The notes under the pieces: model-generated
The model's input: only the letters and a program-made list of their open reading frames with translations
What the model was told of the DNA's origin: nothing
Database searches by the model: none
Shown: one piece after another, positions 10,141-19,523 of the stretch
Position numbering within the stretch: position 1 is the stretch's first letter
Layout of the letters: each line of letters begins with the position of its first letter
Origin: Promethearchaeota archaeon
Lineage (GTDB): Archaea > Asgardarchaeota > Lokiarchaeia > Sigyniarchaeales > SOKP01
DNA: 64,000 bases
Assembly (NCBI GenBank): GCA_048937405.1
Contig: JBHLNF010000001.1
Coordinates: 987,114-1,051,113 of the forward strand
Direction of reading: 5' to 3'
Made by a program: the position numbers and the translations under genes

Positions 10141-10372
10141 ATGATTATACCTATTCGCTGTTTTTCATGTGGTAAGCTCATAGCTCATGTCTATAAACCT
10201 TACCTTGAGATGATAGAAAAAGGAGAGCCTTCTGAAAAGGCTTTTAAAGAGTTAGGAATCGAGCGATTCTGTTGTAAACGCATGATCGTAAATTAGTAAG
10301 CATTTAAGCTTTCTAAGCGTATGTCATGTGGACCTAATAGATGAACTCCTTAAATTTCCGAGATTGCAATGA
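10141..10372 (+). CDS. rpoN: RNA polymerase subunit Rpo10 (RpoN/RPB10), two exons: 10141-10291 and 10323-10372, 66 aa
   Basis: Joined translation MIIPIRCFSCGKLIAHVYKPYLEMIEKGEPSEKAFKELGIERFCCKRMIVSHVDLIDELLKFPRLQ has the CxxC and CC zinc ligands and the SHVDLID motif; the unspliced frame stops at TAG 10294-10296. Confidence 0.93.
10292..10322 (+). other. 31-nt bulge-helix-bulge type intron in rpoN pre-mRNA
   Basis: Outer helix 10279-10285/10324-10330; central 4 positions 10286-10289/10317-10320 (one U-U); 3-nt bulges 10290-10292 and 10321-10323; inner helix 10293-10301/10308-10316; cuts after the 2nd nt of each bulge restore AGT-CAT (Ser-His). Confidence 0.82.
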
Positions 10373-10395
10373 ACATACACATCTAATAACAAAAT

Positions 10396-11681
10396 TTAAG
10401 AGAAATGATCTAAATATTTTCTTTTGAATTTTATAATCTTTCTATTAAAATTTAGATCCCAAATCTTATTTTCTACTCTCTTCCAATATGAATGTGGCAG
10501 TGTTTCAACACTAAATTCATCACATAATCTCTTAAAAAGATCAAAACTAACACCAAAAAACTCGGCTAATTTAGTTCTAGGTCCAAGATTAATCAACTCA
10601 TCTATGATATCTTTTTTCCCTATTTTTTCACGAAGAACTTCATAAGTATATCTCCCTCCCTTCATTGGATAAAATACTCTTTTTCTTTCCATACTGAATT
10701 CAAATGATTCCATCATAAAGTTAAATAATATTGGACCGATTCTTAAATACCAATGGTCTTTTATATCACAGTTTTTTATCCAAACTTTTTCTCTCCCTGC
10801 AATTTTCTTATTTTTAACTTCATGTCTTAAATTAAATTCTTCCTTAATTTGCTCAAGAAATTGCTTATTTGAATTATGAATTATAGGCGCTCCTTCTTCA
10901 CCATCCCCATCATAAAAGCCGAGTAATACTGACAAAGCCACTTTATACATTAAATTTCTAAAAAAGCCAACTCTTAAACATTTTCCTTCTTTAAAATCTA
11001 AAAATCCCAATTTTATTAAATCCTTAATCATTGGAATACATCCAATTCTAATTCCATATCTTTCTGGATATTCTCCTGATTTTTTTCTTATCCTCCTATC
11101 AATTTTATGTTCAATTTTATTTATAACATGTAATTCATTACGAAATCTCTCAATAACCTTGGAATCCCTCTTTTCTAAAAAAAGGCCAATATGTCCATCC
11201 TTAGAAATAAATCCATCAGCAAGTAACAATCCAAAATAATAACCTTTGTTTGTTGTATTAAGTAATTTAAAGTAATGTTTTTTTAAATTAGGATTATGAA
11301 GATGCCATTGCTGTTGTCGATACTCAAGGAGTTGATTTTTTTCAATATAATTATAAATTAATTCTTTACATTTTTTAATATCTTTATTGCTCAACTTTTT
11401 TGATAAAGATTTGATAAAATCTATTAATTGCTCAACTTTTTTGATAAAGATTTGATAAAATCTATTAATTGATCTTTTGAAAATTTAAAATAGGGATTAT
11501 GCTTTGGACTATTTGAATTCTTTATCCTAAACCGAGTATCTCTTATATATCTAATATGCATACCCAAATATTCAGAAAATTTGTCATATGAAAGTATTTT
11601 TCTATGTATTTTACTAGTTGATACTAATTCTGATATTTCTTTACGTAGATCTTCTATGAAATCTAATGTAGAATATTCCAT
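10396..11681 (-). pseudogene. Two-motif LAGLIDADG homing endonuclease, frameshifted (414 aa if repaired)
   Basis: Motifs YYFGLLLADGFI and VLLGFYDGDG; ORFs 11424-11681 and 10396-11394 fuse in frame (...SLSKKLSNKDIKKCKE...) when one 41-bp repeat copy is removed. Confidence 0.85.
11386..11471. repeat. Perfect 41-bp tandem duplication with ATTG microhomology
   Basis: attgctcaacttttttgataaagatttgataaaatctatta at 11386-11426 and 11427-11467, followed by attg. Confidence 0.97.
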
Positions 11682-11852
11682 AATTGTCTATGAAAATTGA
11701 ACTGATATAGGATTTTTAGTTAGAAAATTAGTTATTCCAATATTTATGATAAATGAGAGTGATTGATTATTAATTTCATCTCTAAAGTGAGACAAAGAAT
11801 CTTAGATATAATATAGATTTAAAATAGGTTTGAAAAATTAGATAAAAATTCT

Positions 11853-11897
11853 ATAGATTTATTCGATGAATTACTTAAATTTCCTCGATTACAATAA
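11853..11897 (+). pseudogene. Orphan duplicate of the rpoN 3' end
   Basis: Encodes IDLFDELLKFPRLQ* versus VDLIDELLKFPRLQ* at 10328-10372. Confidence 0.9.
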
Positions 11898-11936
11898 TAT
11901 AATTATTTATAAATTAATAGAAGTAATAAGCAAGAG

Positions 11937-12119
11937 TTATTGTTTCCCGTAATGGGCAGTCCATCTCGTTTTTCTTGCTTTTTTATTATAATCTAACATT
12001 GATTTACGGCATTTGTTAGTACAAAAGTTCAAGACTGTACCATCTCTCTTTACAAACATGAGACCTCGGCCTATAGGAATATCATAACCACAAAAACTAC
12101 ATTTTTTTACCTTTACCAT
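11937..12119 (-). CDS. rpl24e: 50S ribosomal protein L24e
   Basis: CSFCGYDIPIGRGLMFVKRDG...FCTNKC...RKTRWT; ATG at 12119. Confidence 0.96.
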   Translation of the reverse strand: MVKVKKCSFCGYDIPIGRGLMFVKRDGTVLNFCTNKCRKSMLDYNKKARKTRWTAHYGKQ

Positions 12120-12148
12120 TAGTAACACATATAAAAATTGTTTAAACT

Positions 12149-12547
12149 CTATTCCTTCTTAAATATTTCAGCTTCTCCGTATTTTACAACTTTTAAGTTT
12201 ATTAAAGTCATATCATGAGTAATTTCGTTTCCTCGAACGGTTTTTCTCCTTTTCTGTCCTTTTCTCTGAGGTTTATATCCACTACTTCTTTTTGAGACTA
12301 GTATTTTCTTTTTGACTGGTCCATGAACGCTCTTTCTCATTGGAAAACCACTAGAATCACTTCCACCCATGATTTGAAATTCATAATTTGCGAATCCTAT
12401 CAGACCTCCCTTTATAATATCTCCAATTTTCATTCCTTCAAATCGAAATTTCTTCTCATCAATCTCAATAAGTTTGGATAATCCTTTTCCAGGACCCTCT
12501 TTTCCACCACTAATATTTAGTTTGTATACTATTTTTTCTGAGGACAC
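12149..12547 (-). CDS. rps6e: 30S ribosomal protein S6e
   Basis: GGSDSSGFPMR, G.RRKTVRGN motifs. Confidence 0.96.
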   Translation of the reverse strand: MSSEKIVYKLNISGGKEGPGKGLSKLIEIDEKKFRFEGMKIGDIIKGGLIGFANYEFQIMGGSDSSGFPMRKSVHGPVKKKILVSKRSSGYKPQRKGQKRRKTVRGNEITHDMTLINLKVVKYGEAEIFKKE

Positions 12548-12720
12548 GATGCATCAATATCGAACTTAAAAACGCAAGATTAACTTCTAAAATACATATT
12601 TTCATAAAAATTTTATGAAAAAGTAATATTTTGAATTAATTCCTATAAAATAAAGATAATGAAATTTATTTTAATGAATTACCTATTGTAATTATACAAG
12701 AAATTAATAGATATTCCTAT

Positions 12721-13515
12721 ATGCAAATATTTGAAGTTGTGGAATTATCAGAATTCCCTTACATGGAAACACGGGAAGTTAATCAAGGACAGGTAGTTAG
12801 TGATATCTTAAATGATAATAGTATTGAAAGAGTCTATATACTGGTAGATCATGATACTAAACGAATTTGGACATTTAATGGTTCAAAAAGTTCTTTTAAA
12901 ACACAAATATATGGAGGAATTTTAGCTGGTAAGCTACGGCAACAATTAAAGTTATTTTATCGAGTTTATTCATTAAATATGTATTCAAAAGATGATCAAG
13001 AATACAAAGAAATATTGGAAAAATCAATTGGAGGAGGTAGAGCTAAAACTATTGAAAAAAAAGATTTTCCAAAACCAACTCCTGATAATTACGTTGTAAA
13101 TATTTCAGTTTCAAATCCAAAAATTAATACTGCCCTAGAATACATAAATCAATTTCCACATCCAGAAGGTCTTATCCGAAGATTTATGATAATAGGTGGA
13201 ATTATTTATACAGATGAAGAAATTACGGAATTTTTTGTTAAAGAAGAAAAAATTATTATTAAGCCTGCAAAATTAGGCCGATTAAACACAGGTTTTACAT
13301 TCTTTCAAGATCATAAATATTCGACTCGATTAATTATTAAAGAACGAACTATTCAAGGACTTGAATTGTTTATTGATGAAGAAGATAAATCTCCATCTTT
13401 AAAAATAGAAATACCTCTAATACATGAGGAAAAATACAGTAATTCTGGATCTATGAAATCATTAATAGAAGCATTTCAAATCCCAGAAAAATTGGTTCAA
13501 GAAAACAAAAAATAA
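12721..13515 (+). CDS. Hypothetical protein with possible divergent gelsolin-like N-terminal domain
   Basis: RVYILVDHDTKRIWTFNGSKSS resembles the gelsolin repeat core. Confidence 0.45.
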   Translation: MQIFEVVELSEFPYMETREVNQGQVVSDILNDNSIERVYILVDHDTKRIWTFNGSKSSFKTQIYGGILAGKLRQQLKLFYRVYSLNMYSKDDQEYKEILEKSIGGGRAKTIEKKDFPKPTPDNYVVNISVSNPKINTALEYINQFPHPEGLIRRFMIIGGIIYTDEEITEFFVKEEKIIIKPAKLGRLNTGFTFFQDHKYSTRLIIKERTIQGLELFIDEEDKSPSLKIEIPLIHEEKYSNSGSMKSLIEAFQIPEKLVQENKK

Positions 13516-13546
13516 ATAATGAATAAGTTCGAAATATCATTTAAAG

Positions 13547-14893
13547 ATGATTCTGCTAATTAATCCTAGAACTTCTAAGCCTTCAGAAACGCGTTCAAGG
13601 TTTTTTAGGGAACCTAATTTAGGATTATTGTATTTAGCTTCAATTTTGGATTTAAATGATATTCCTGTTGAAATTTTAGATCTTGAACAATTTATAGATT
13701 TGAATGATCATCAATTGGAAAATGTGATTCGTAAAAAAATAATTGATTTTAAAATTTTTGGCATAACTTCTCTGACAAATACTTTCAATTTTGCTATAAA
13801 AATTGCTAGAATAATAAAAAATTATGATAGAAATAATTATGTTGTTTTAGGTGGACCTCATGTTTCATTTACCTTTGAAGAAATCCTAAAGAATGATAAA
13901 AAAACAGAACAACTCATTGATTTTATTTGTATTGGAGAATCAGAGATTTCATTCATAAAGTTGGTTAAATATTTATTAACTCAAATTTTAAATAAAAAAA
14001 GTATGACATATCATGAAGAACACTTAAAAAATATTAATGGAATTGCATATATTGATTCGAATGGAGAGATTTGTGTTAATAGGACTACTGATGAAATAGA
14101 TTTAGAGAGCTTACCTTTACCTGCTCGTTATAAATTATCTCAAGAAAGTTATTATTATACTGTGGCAAATGTAATTGTTAATCGTGGATGTCCCAATCAA
14201 TGTTCATTCTGTTCAAGACAAAATTTATTTAAAAAAACTCGAATCAGAACAATAAAATCACTCTTAGAGGAAATAAGAGATATTCAATCGTTACAGACAT
14301 ACTCTCATATCAATTTTTATGATAACATAAATATCAATAAAGAATTTTTTAGAAGTTTTTGCAAGATGTTTATTGAAAATAATATTACAATTGCTTGGGG
14401 ATGTGAACTACGCGTTGATACAATTGGACCTGAAGATGCCCGTTTACTTAAGGAAGCAGGTTGCCAACTAATAGCAACTGGGATTGAATCAGCAAATGAA
14501 AGAGTCCTTAGGACTAATTTTAAATACCAAGATCCAGAAAAGGTTAAATCTGGAATTTTAAATCTGAAGAAATATAATATAGCAGTTCAAGCTTATTTTG
14601 TATTAGGATTACCTAGTGAAACTGAACACAGTTTTTCTCAAACAATTAATTTTATAAAATCACTTCCGTTCGATAAGAACGATGATATAAATTATTTTGT
14701 AGCAACTCCTTACCCTGGGTCTCGTTTGTGGGAAGAGCAAGAACAATTTGATATAAAAATATTTGAAGATGATTTTAATAAATATGATTGTAATCATATT
14801 ATCTTTACAACTATGGAATTGGATAGAAAAAAATTAGAATATTTATATTTGAAAGCAAAAAAAATAGAAATGCAATATCATCGTTCCAGTTAA
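13547..14893 (+). CDS. Cobalamin-binding radical SAM protein
   Basis: PNLGLLYLAS, GGPHVS, GESE, RGCPNQCSFC, GLPSET, PYPGS. Confidence 0.93.
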   Translation: MILLINPRTSKPSETRSRFFREPNLGLLYLASILDLNDIPVEILDLEQFIDLNDHQLENVIRKKIIDFKIFGITSLTNTFNFAIKIARIIKNYDRNNYVVLGGPHVSFTFEEILKNDKKTEQLIDFICIGESEISFIKLVKYLLTQILNKKSMTYHEEHLKNINGIAYIDSNGEICVNRTTDEIDLESLPLPARYKLSQESYYYTVANVIVNRGCPNQCSFCSRQNLFKKTRIRTIKSLLEEIRDIQSLQTYSHINFYDNININKEFFRSFCKMFIENNITIAWGCELRVDTIGPEDARLLKEAGCQLIATGIESANERVLRTNFKYQDPEKVKSGILNLKKYNIAVQAYFVLGLPSETEHSFSQTINFIKSLPFDKNDDINYFVATPYPGSRLWEEQEQFDIKIFEDDFNKYDCNHIIFTTMELDRKKLEYLYLKAKKIEMQYHRSS

Positions 14894-14925
14894 TAAACTA
14901 TATTAATACATAAAGGAATTTATCA

Positions 14926-15252
14926 ATGCCAAGTGATTTTACAGAAAGAATTATTAAAATAATTAAAAATATACCAAAAGGAAAGATTCTTACATATGGA
15001 TTTATTGCTAAAATGGCAGGAAACCCAAAAGCAGCTAGGCAAGTTTCTTGGATCTTACATTCTTCAAGTAAAAAGTATAATCTTCCATGGCATCGTGTAA
15101 TTAGTTCCAAGGGAATAATATCATTGAAATCATTTGAAGATCGAACATACCAAAAAAACTTATTAGAAAAAGAAGGAATTATAGTTACAGATCAATTTCG
15201 AGTTGATCTTAAAAAATATCTCTGGAAAATTGATTCTATTAAAAAAATTTAA
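14926..15252 (+). CDS. Alkyltransferase-like (ATL, MGMT family) DNA-binding protein
   Basis: IPKGKILTYG, AARQV, PWHRV (Trp in place of the catalytic Cys of PCHRV). Confidence 0.9.
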   Translation: MPSDFTERIIKIIKNIPKGKILTYGFIAKMAGNPKAARQVSWILHSSSKKYNLPWHRVISSKGIISLKSFEDRTYQKNLLEKEGIIVTDQFRVDLKKYLWKIDSIKKI

Positions 15253-15474
15253 CTCTCATTTTTGATAAAAGTAATTCCTTAGATATTAATACTTCACATA
15301 TAGTTCAAAATTCTCAATTTTGATTTTATTTTCACTCTAAAGATATGAATTTGGTTTAATATTGACTTTTTTTTATAATATTTAATTAAATTGTCAAATA
15401 ATATTTAAACATCATAAAATTTGATTTTTAATTCTATGATATAATATTTTATCAAAAATAGAAATTAACGAATT

Positions 15475-16335
15475 ATGATGTCTGAAAATAACTCTAATTC
15501 TTGGATTAAAAAATTAATTATTCTAGGTGTATTCATCTATGTTATTTTCTTAACAGCAGGATTAGATTGGGCAGCAGAACACTCGGGAGTAGGAATAACT
15601 ACACGATTTTTATGGCTAATTGGTTTAATAAGCCTAGGATTAATATTACCTGTTGGATTCATGTATCTTGCTGGTGATAAGGAAATTGAAAGAGAAGAAT
15701 CTGATAAGAAATGGTTCATAATAGCTATTATTTTATTCTTGGTTGGGAATGGAATTCCAATTGTTTTTTATTTAATACTCGAAATTTCACCAGGATTTTT
15801 CTTATATGTGCAATTAATATTGTTTGGATTAGTTCCCACTTTTTTCATTCAACCAAAAAAGTCAAAATACAGAATTCTAATCCTAATCATTCTTTTTACT
15901 ATGATAATAATTCCTTTAGGAATTCTTGTAAACTTCACCATTAATGATCTATGGTATGCGGGAGTAACTGATAAAACTATGTATTATTTATCCTTCTGGG
16001 GGCTTTTAATGACATTTTTTTATCTTATTATTGCTATTGGTTGGAAATTGGGTGGTGGTTCAAAAAGACAAAGTTGGAATATCTTTGTCGCAGGAACACT
16101 TTTACAGTTCAGTACTCTTGAAGATTTTTTATACTTTTTCACAAATGGAGAACCTCTTCCAGGACCACCGAATCATTGGTATTGGATGGAAAACTTTGTT
16201 ATTAATTTAAAAGCTTTATTTGGTCATAATCCAACCAGTTTTGATCTATTGATTTTCTGTTTGATAATATCATCAATAGCTATATTCATTCTCTTTGATG
16301 TACATGGTTATATCTGGAAAAAAATTAAATCATAA
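15475..16335 (+). CDS. Multi-pass membrane protein of unknown function
   Basis: About 8 hydrophobic segments; LEDFLYF motif. Confidence 0.7.
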   Translation: MMSENNSNSWIKKLIILGVFIYVIFLTAGLDWAAEHSGVGITTRFLWLIGLISLGLILPVGFMYLAGDKEIEREESDKKWFIIAIILFLVGNGIPIVFYLILEISPGFFLYVQLILFGLVPTFFIQPKKSKYRILILIILFTMIIIPLGILVNFTINDLWYAGVTDKTMYYLSFWGLLMTFFYLIIAIGWKLGGGSKRQSWNIFVAGTLLQFSTLEDFLYFFTNGEPLPGPPNHWYWMENFVINLKALFGHNPTSFDLLIFCLIISSIAIFILFDVHGYIWKKIKS

Positions 16336-16613
16336 ATCTCAAAAAGTAACCTTTTTTTTTAATATTTTAAGGAATCAGAATTTCTTTTAAATAAAAAAAA
16401 GTTATTGAACCCAAAAAGATAATATATTACTTATATCTTTCTTATGTCATTAAGAATTATGTTTATTGATAAAGAAATTCAATTAATAAATAATTATATT
16501 AATAGAAGAATAACTCTAGATAATTGGAGATAATATTATCTCAAACATATACTATTATAAATAAAAAATATCTACAAATTAATCAATTAATTAAGAAGTA
16601 GAAGATACAAATT

Positions 16614-17915
16614 ATGCCAAAAAGTGAGTATTATATCGGAGAAGCTTTAGTTGGAGATTCAAGTGACCCAAATTTGGCACACATTGATTTAATAATTGGG
16701 TCTAAAGATGGACCTGTTGGGGTTTCATTTGCAAATGCACTTAGCACGCCTTCTAAGGGGCATGGTGGATTGTTAGCAGGAATTCGACCAAATCTACTTG
16801 CTAAGCCAGTATCGCTTATTGTACCTAAGGTTACACTCGCTAAAATGGAGGATGCGAGCAAAATTTTTGGTCCTGCTCAAGCAGCAGTTGCTAAAGGTAT
16901 TGCGGATGCTGTGGAAGAAGGAATTATACCAATGAATAAAATAGAGGATTGGTTGATAATTGCTAGTGTGTACATACATCCTGAAGCCAAGGATTATAGA
17001 AAAATCTATCAGTATAATTATGGTGCTACAAAATTAGCAATTCAGAGAGCTCTAAGAAAATATCCTCCTATAGAAAAGATATTTTATGATAAAGATCGAG
17101 CAAAACATCCAGTAGCAGGGATAAGAGTACCCAGACTTTGGCGTCCACCCTATATACAAGTTGCATTAGATCATCCCGCATTAGAAAAGCAAATAAAGGT
17201 AGTAAAGGAATTACCAAAAAGTGACCGAATTATATTAGAAGTAGGTACTCCATTTCTTAAGAAGTATGGTGTTGAATCAATCAAGCAAATTCGAGAAGTC
17301 GCAAAAGATAAATTTATCGTAGCTGATTTAAAGACCTTAGATGTTGGCAAATTGGAGGTTGATTTTGCATTTGACGCAACTGCTGATGCAGTGGTAGCAA
17401 GCGGTTTAGCTGCAACAGCATCTCTGGATAAATTTATATTAGAAGCACAGAGACTAGGGATTCATGCTTTCGTCGACACAATGGAAGTTACAAATCCTAT
17501 TGAGAAATTAAGCTCTTTAAAGCAAACGCCAGATGTGGTTATAATTCATAGAGCTATTGATGTTGAACAATCTGCAGCTGGAGGTCAATCACCTGATGCT
17601 TCTCAAAAAGCAAGGTGGGCATTAGTTCCAAAAATCAAAGAATTATATCATAGTCAAAAGAAAGCTTCAGGAAGAGATAGAGTGTTAGTTGCAGTTGCAG
17701 GAGGTATCGAACCAAGTACAGCAACATATGCTATACAGCAGGGAGCAGATATTCTGATAGTAGGTAGATTTATAGCGAGTGCAAAAGATGTTGAATTTGC
17801 TATGAGAAGAATGCTTGGAGTTCTTCCTGGATATCAAGATATCGATCTTAAAAGAATTCACTCTGAAGATGATGATAACTCTATTGAAAAGTCAGGAGGC
17901 CCTAAATGGGACTAA
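16614..17915 (+). CDS. fae-hps: Bifunctional formaldehyde-activating enzyme / 3-hexulose-6-phosphate synthase
   Basis: GEALVG, AHIDLIIG, FGPAQAAVA, YNYGATKLAI (Fae); EVGTP, ADLKTLD, HRAID, VAGGI, VGR (Hps). Confidence 0.95.
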   Translation: MPKSEYYIGEALVGDSSDPNLAHIDLIIGSKDGPVGVSFANALSTPSKGHGGLLAGIRPNLLAKPVSLIVPKVTLAKMEDASKIFGPAQAAVAKGIADAVEEGIIPMNKIEDWLIIASVYIHPEAKDYRKIYQYNYGATKLAIQRALRKYPPIEKIFYDKDRAKHPVAGIRVPRLWRPPYIQVALDHPALEKQIKVVKELPKSDRIILEVGTPFLKKYGVESIKQIREVAKDKFIVADLKTLDVGKLEVDFAFDATADAVVASGLAATASLDKFILEAQRLGIHAFVDTMEVTNPIEKLSSLKQTPDVVIIHRAIDVEQSAAGGQSPDASQKARWALVPKIKELYHSQKKASGRDRVLVAVAGGIEPSTATYAIQQGADILIVGRFIASAKDVEFAMRRMLGVLPGYQDIDLKRIHSEDDDNSIEKSGGPKWD

Positions 17916-17987
17916 TCTAATTTTTTTAACTCTCATTATTATCAAAATAGTTCAATTTATTCTCTTAAATCTGAAGATATCCAAATT

Positions 17988-19238
17988 TTAAATTTGTTCT
18001 AATCTGAAAATTTTATCATTCTTTTTAACAGGATTATCAACTATTATTCCAACAGCTATTCGATCTTTATTAGAAGTGACTAATGGAGTTTCGGTTAAAT
18101 TTTTCTTTTGCTTAATCTGAATGGAGCTAATCTTTTGTCTTAAATATGTATCTGTATGTGTTCCAATAATGAAAATTTCATCATTTAATTTTAGTTTCCC
18201 TGATGTTAGAAGAATTTTAGCAGCATTTTTTTCTGGAAAATAATTTATAACTTTTCCAATCTCAACTTTTTTATAATTTGAGATATTTCCATCAAATTTC
18301 CTTTGTATTTCACTACCTTTTGGTAATCCGAAATAAAAACCAGTAGAAAAACCCCTATTATATACTTTATTCAAGCGTTTTAACCAATTTTTGACTTTTT
18401 CTTGTGTGAAATCATTGTCATAATATGCCTCAATAGCTTCTTTATAACATTTAGTTGTCTCTTCTATATAGATTGGATCCCTCATTCGACCTTCGATTTT
18501 AAATGCATCTATTTTCGCATTAATTAATTTTGGGATATGTTCGATCATACAAAGATCTTTTGTGTTGATAAAGAATACTCCATCATACAGTAATTCATTA
18601 TTTTGATCATCATAAACACGCCATTTTCTTCTACATGGCTGAATGCATTTCCCTCGATTTGCCGAATAATCTTGAGATTCGCAAATTTCAGCAGAAAAAT
18701 AGCATCGTCCTGAGATTGAAGTACATTGAGCTCCATGGATAAAAGTTTCAATTTCAATTTTACCTACTTTTTTTTTAATTTCTTTAATTTGTTCTAATGC
18801 TAATTCTCTTGCTAGAATTAATCTCTTAGCTCCAATAGATTCATAGAATAGTGCTGTTTGAGAATTTGAAATGTTTGCTTGAGTAGAAATATGAAAATCT
18901 AAACCTTTTTCTTTAGTAATTTGAATAGCCCCTATGTCATGAATGATTACAGCATCAATTTCTGACTCTACGGCTTTATCTAATATTTGTTCTAAAAGAG
19001 GGACCTCATTTTCATAAATTATTATATTAGTCGTCAGATATGCGTTAATATTATGATTATGACATGTTTTGACAATATCATTTAGATCTTCTAGTTTAAA
19101 ATTATCACTAAACATTCTCATATTAAGCGATTCTATGCCAAAATACACAGCATCAGCTTTTCCTAGTACAGCATTTAAAGATTTATAGTTTTTTAATGGA
19201 GCCATTAATTCTACTTTTTTTCTGGAGGGATCTATCAT
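17988..19238 (-). CDS. Peptidase U32 family Fe-S protein (likely RNA hydroxylation)
   Basis: ELMAP, HISTQAN, LAREL, HGAQCTSISGRC...NRGKCIQPCR, KIEGR. Confidence 0.92.
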   Translation of the reverse strand: MIDPSRKKVELMAPLKNYKSLNAVLGKADAVYFGIESLNMRMFSDNFKLEDLNDIVKTCHNHNINAYLTTNIIIYENEVPLLEQILDKAVESEIDAVIIHDIGAIQITKEKGLDFHISTQANISNSQTALFYESIGAKRLILARELALEQIKEIKKKVGKIEIETFIHGAQCTSISGRCYFSAEICESQDYSANRGKCIQPCRRKWRVYDDQNNELLYDGVFFINTKDLCMIEHIPKLINAKIDAFKIEGRMRDPIYIEETTKCYKEAIEAYYDNDFTQEKVKNWLKRLNKVYNRGFSTGFYFGLPKGSEIQRKFDGNISNYKKVEIGKVINYFPEKNAAKILLTSGKLKLNDEIFIIGTHTDTYLRQKISSIQIKQKKNLTETPLVTSNKDRIAVGIIVDNPVKKNDKIFRLEQI

Positions 19239-19523
19239 TATATTTTTCCGTTTCTAAGGATTTGATTCCAGATTTTATTAAATTTAAATAATTTCACATT
19301 GACTAAATATCTAACCTGAAAATTAATTTAATTTTTTTTTAAGAAAATTAGATTAATATTTTGGTTGTTTTTTTGATTTTACACTTCAAATCCAGATAAT
19401 TTCTTATATCAATAATTTTTTTGTGATATTCGATAAGACATTTGATTTTTTGATTCCTATATTGATTTAATGATTGCATAATATTAAATACTAATTTGAC
19501 CAAAATATACATAATCCATAAAT

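Larger units (their letters stand above)
10292..11852. mobile_element. Putative homing element: intron-bearing rpoN 3' end plus free-standing LAGLIDADG gene
   Basis: Endonuclease gene lies between two copies of the rpoN 3' end; left boundary uncertain and may extend into exon 1. Confidence 0.7.

Noticed and set aside
10296-10317. GTAAG...CTAAG inside the rpoN insert looks like a 22-nt spliceosomal GT-AG intron, and removing it also restores the frame
   Set aside because: It would give MIVNYVCHVD, adding three residues to a conserved motif. Archaea have no known spliceosome, and the BHB junction gives the exact consensus.
10287-10321. CGTA direct repeats flanking the insert, suggesting a transposon footprint that inactivates rpoN
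   Set aside because: Both exons are otherwise intact, the subunit is essential, and the repeat is explained by the self-complementary CG of the central helix. Not fully excluded without RNA data.
11386-11471. Direct repeats as a possible CRISPR array
   Set aside because: Two abutting copies with no spacer, inside a coding frame; no cas genes in the window
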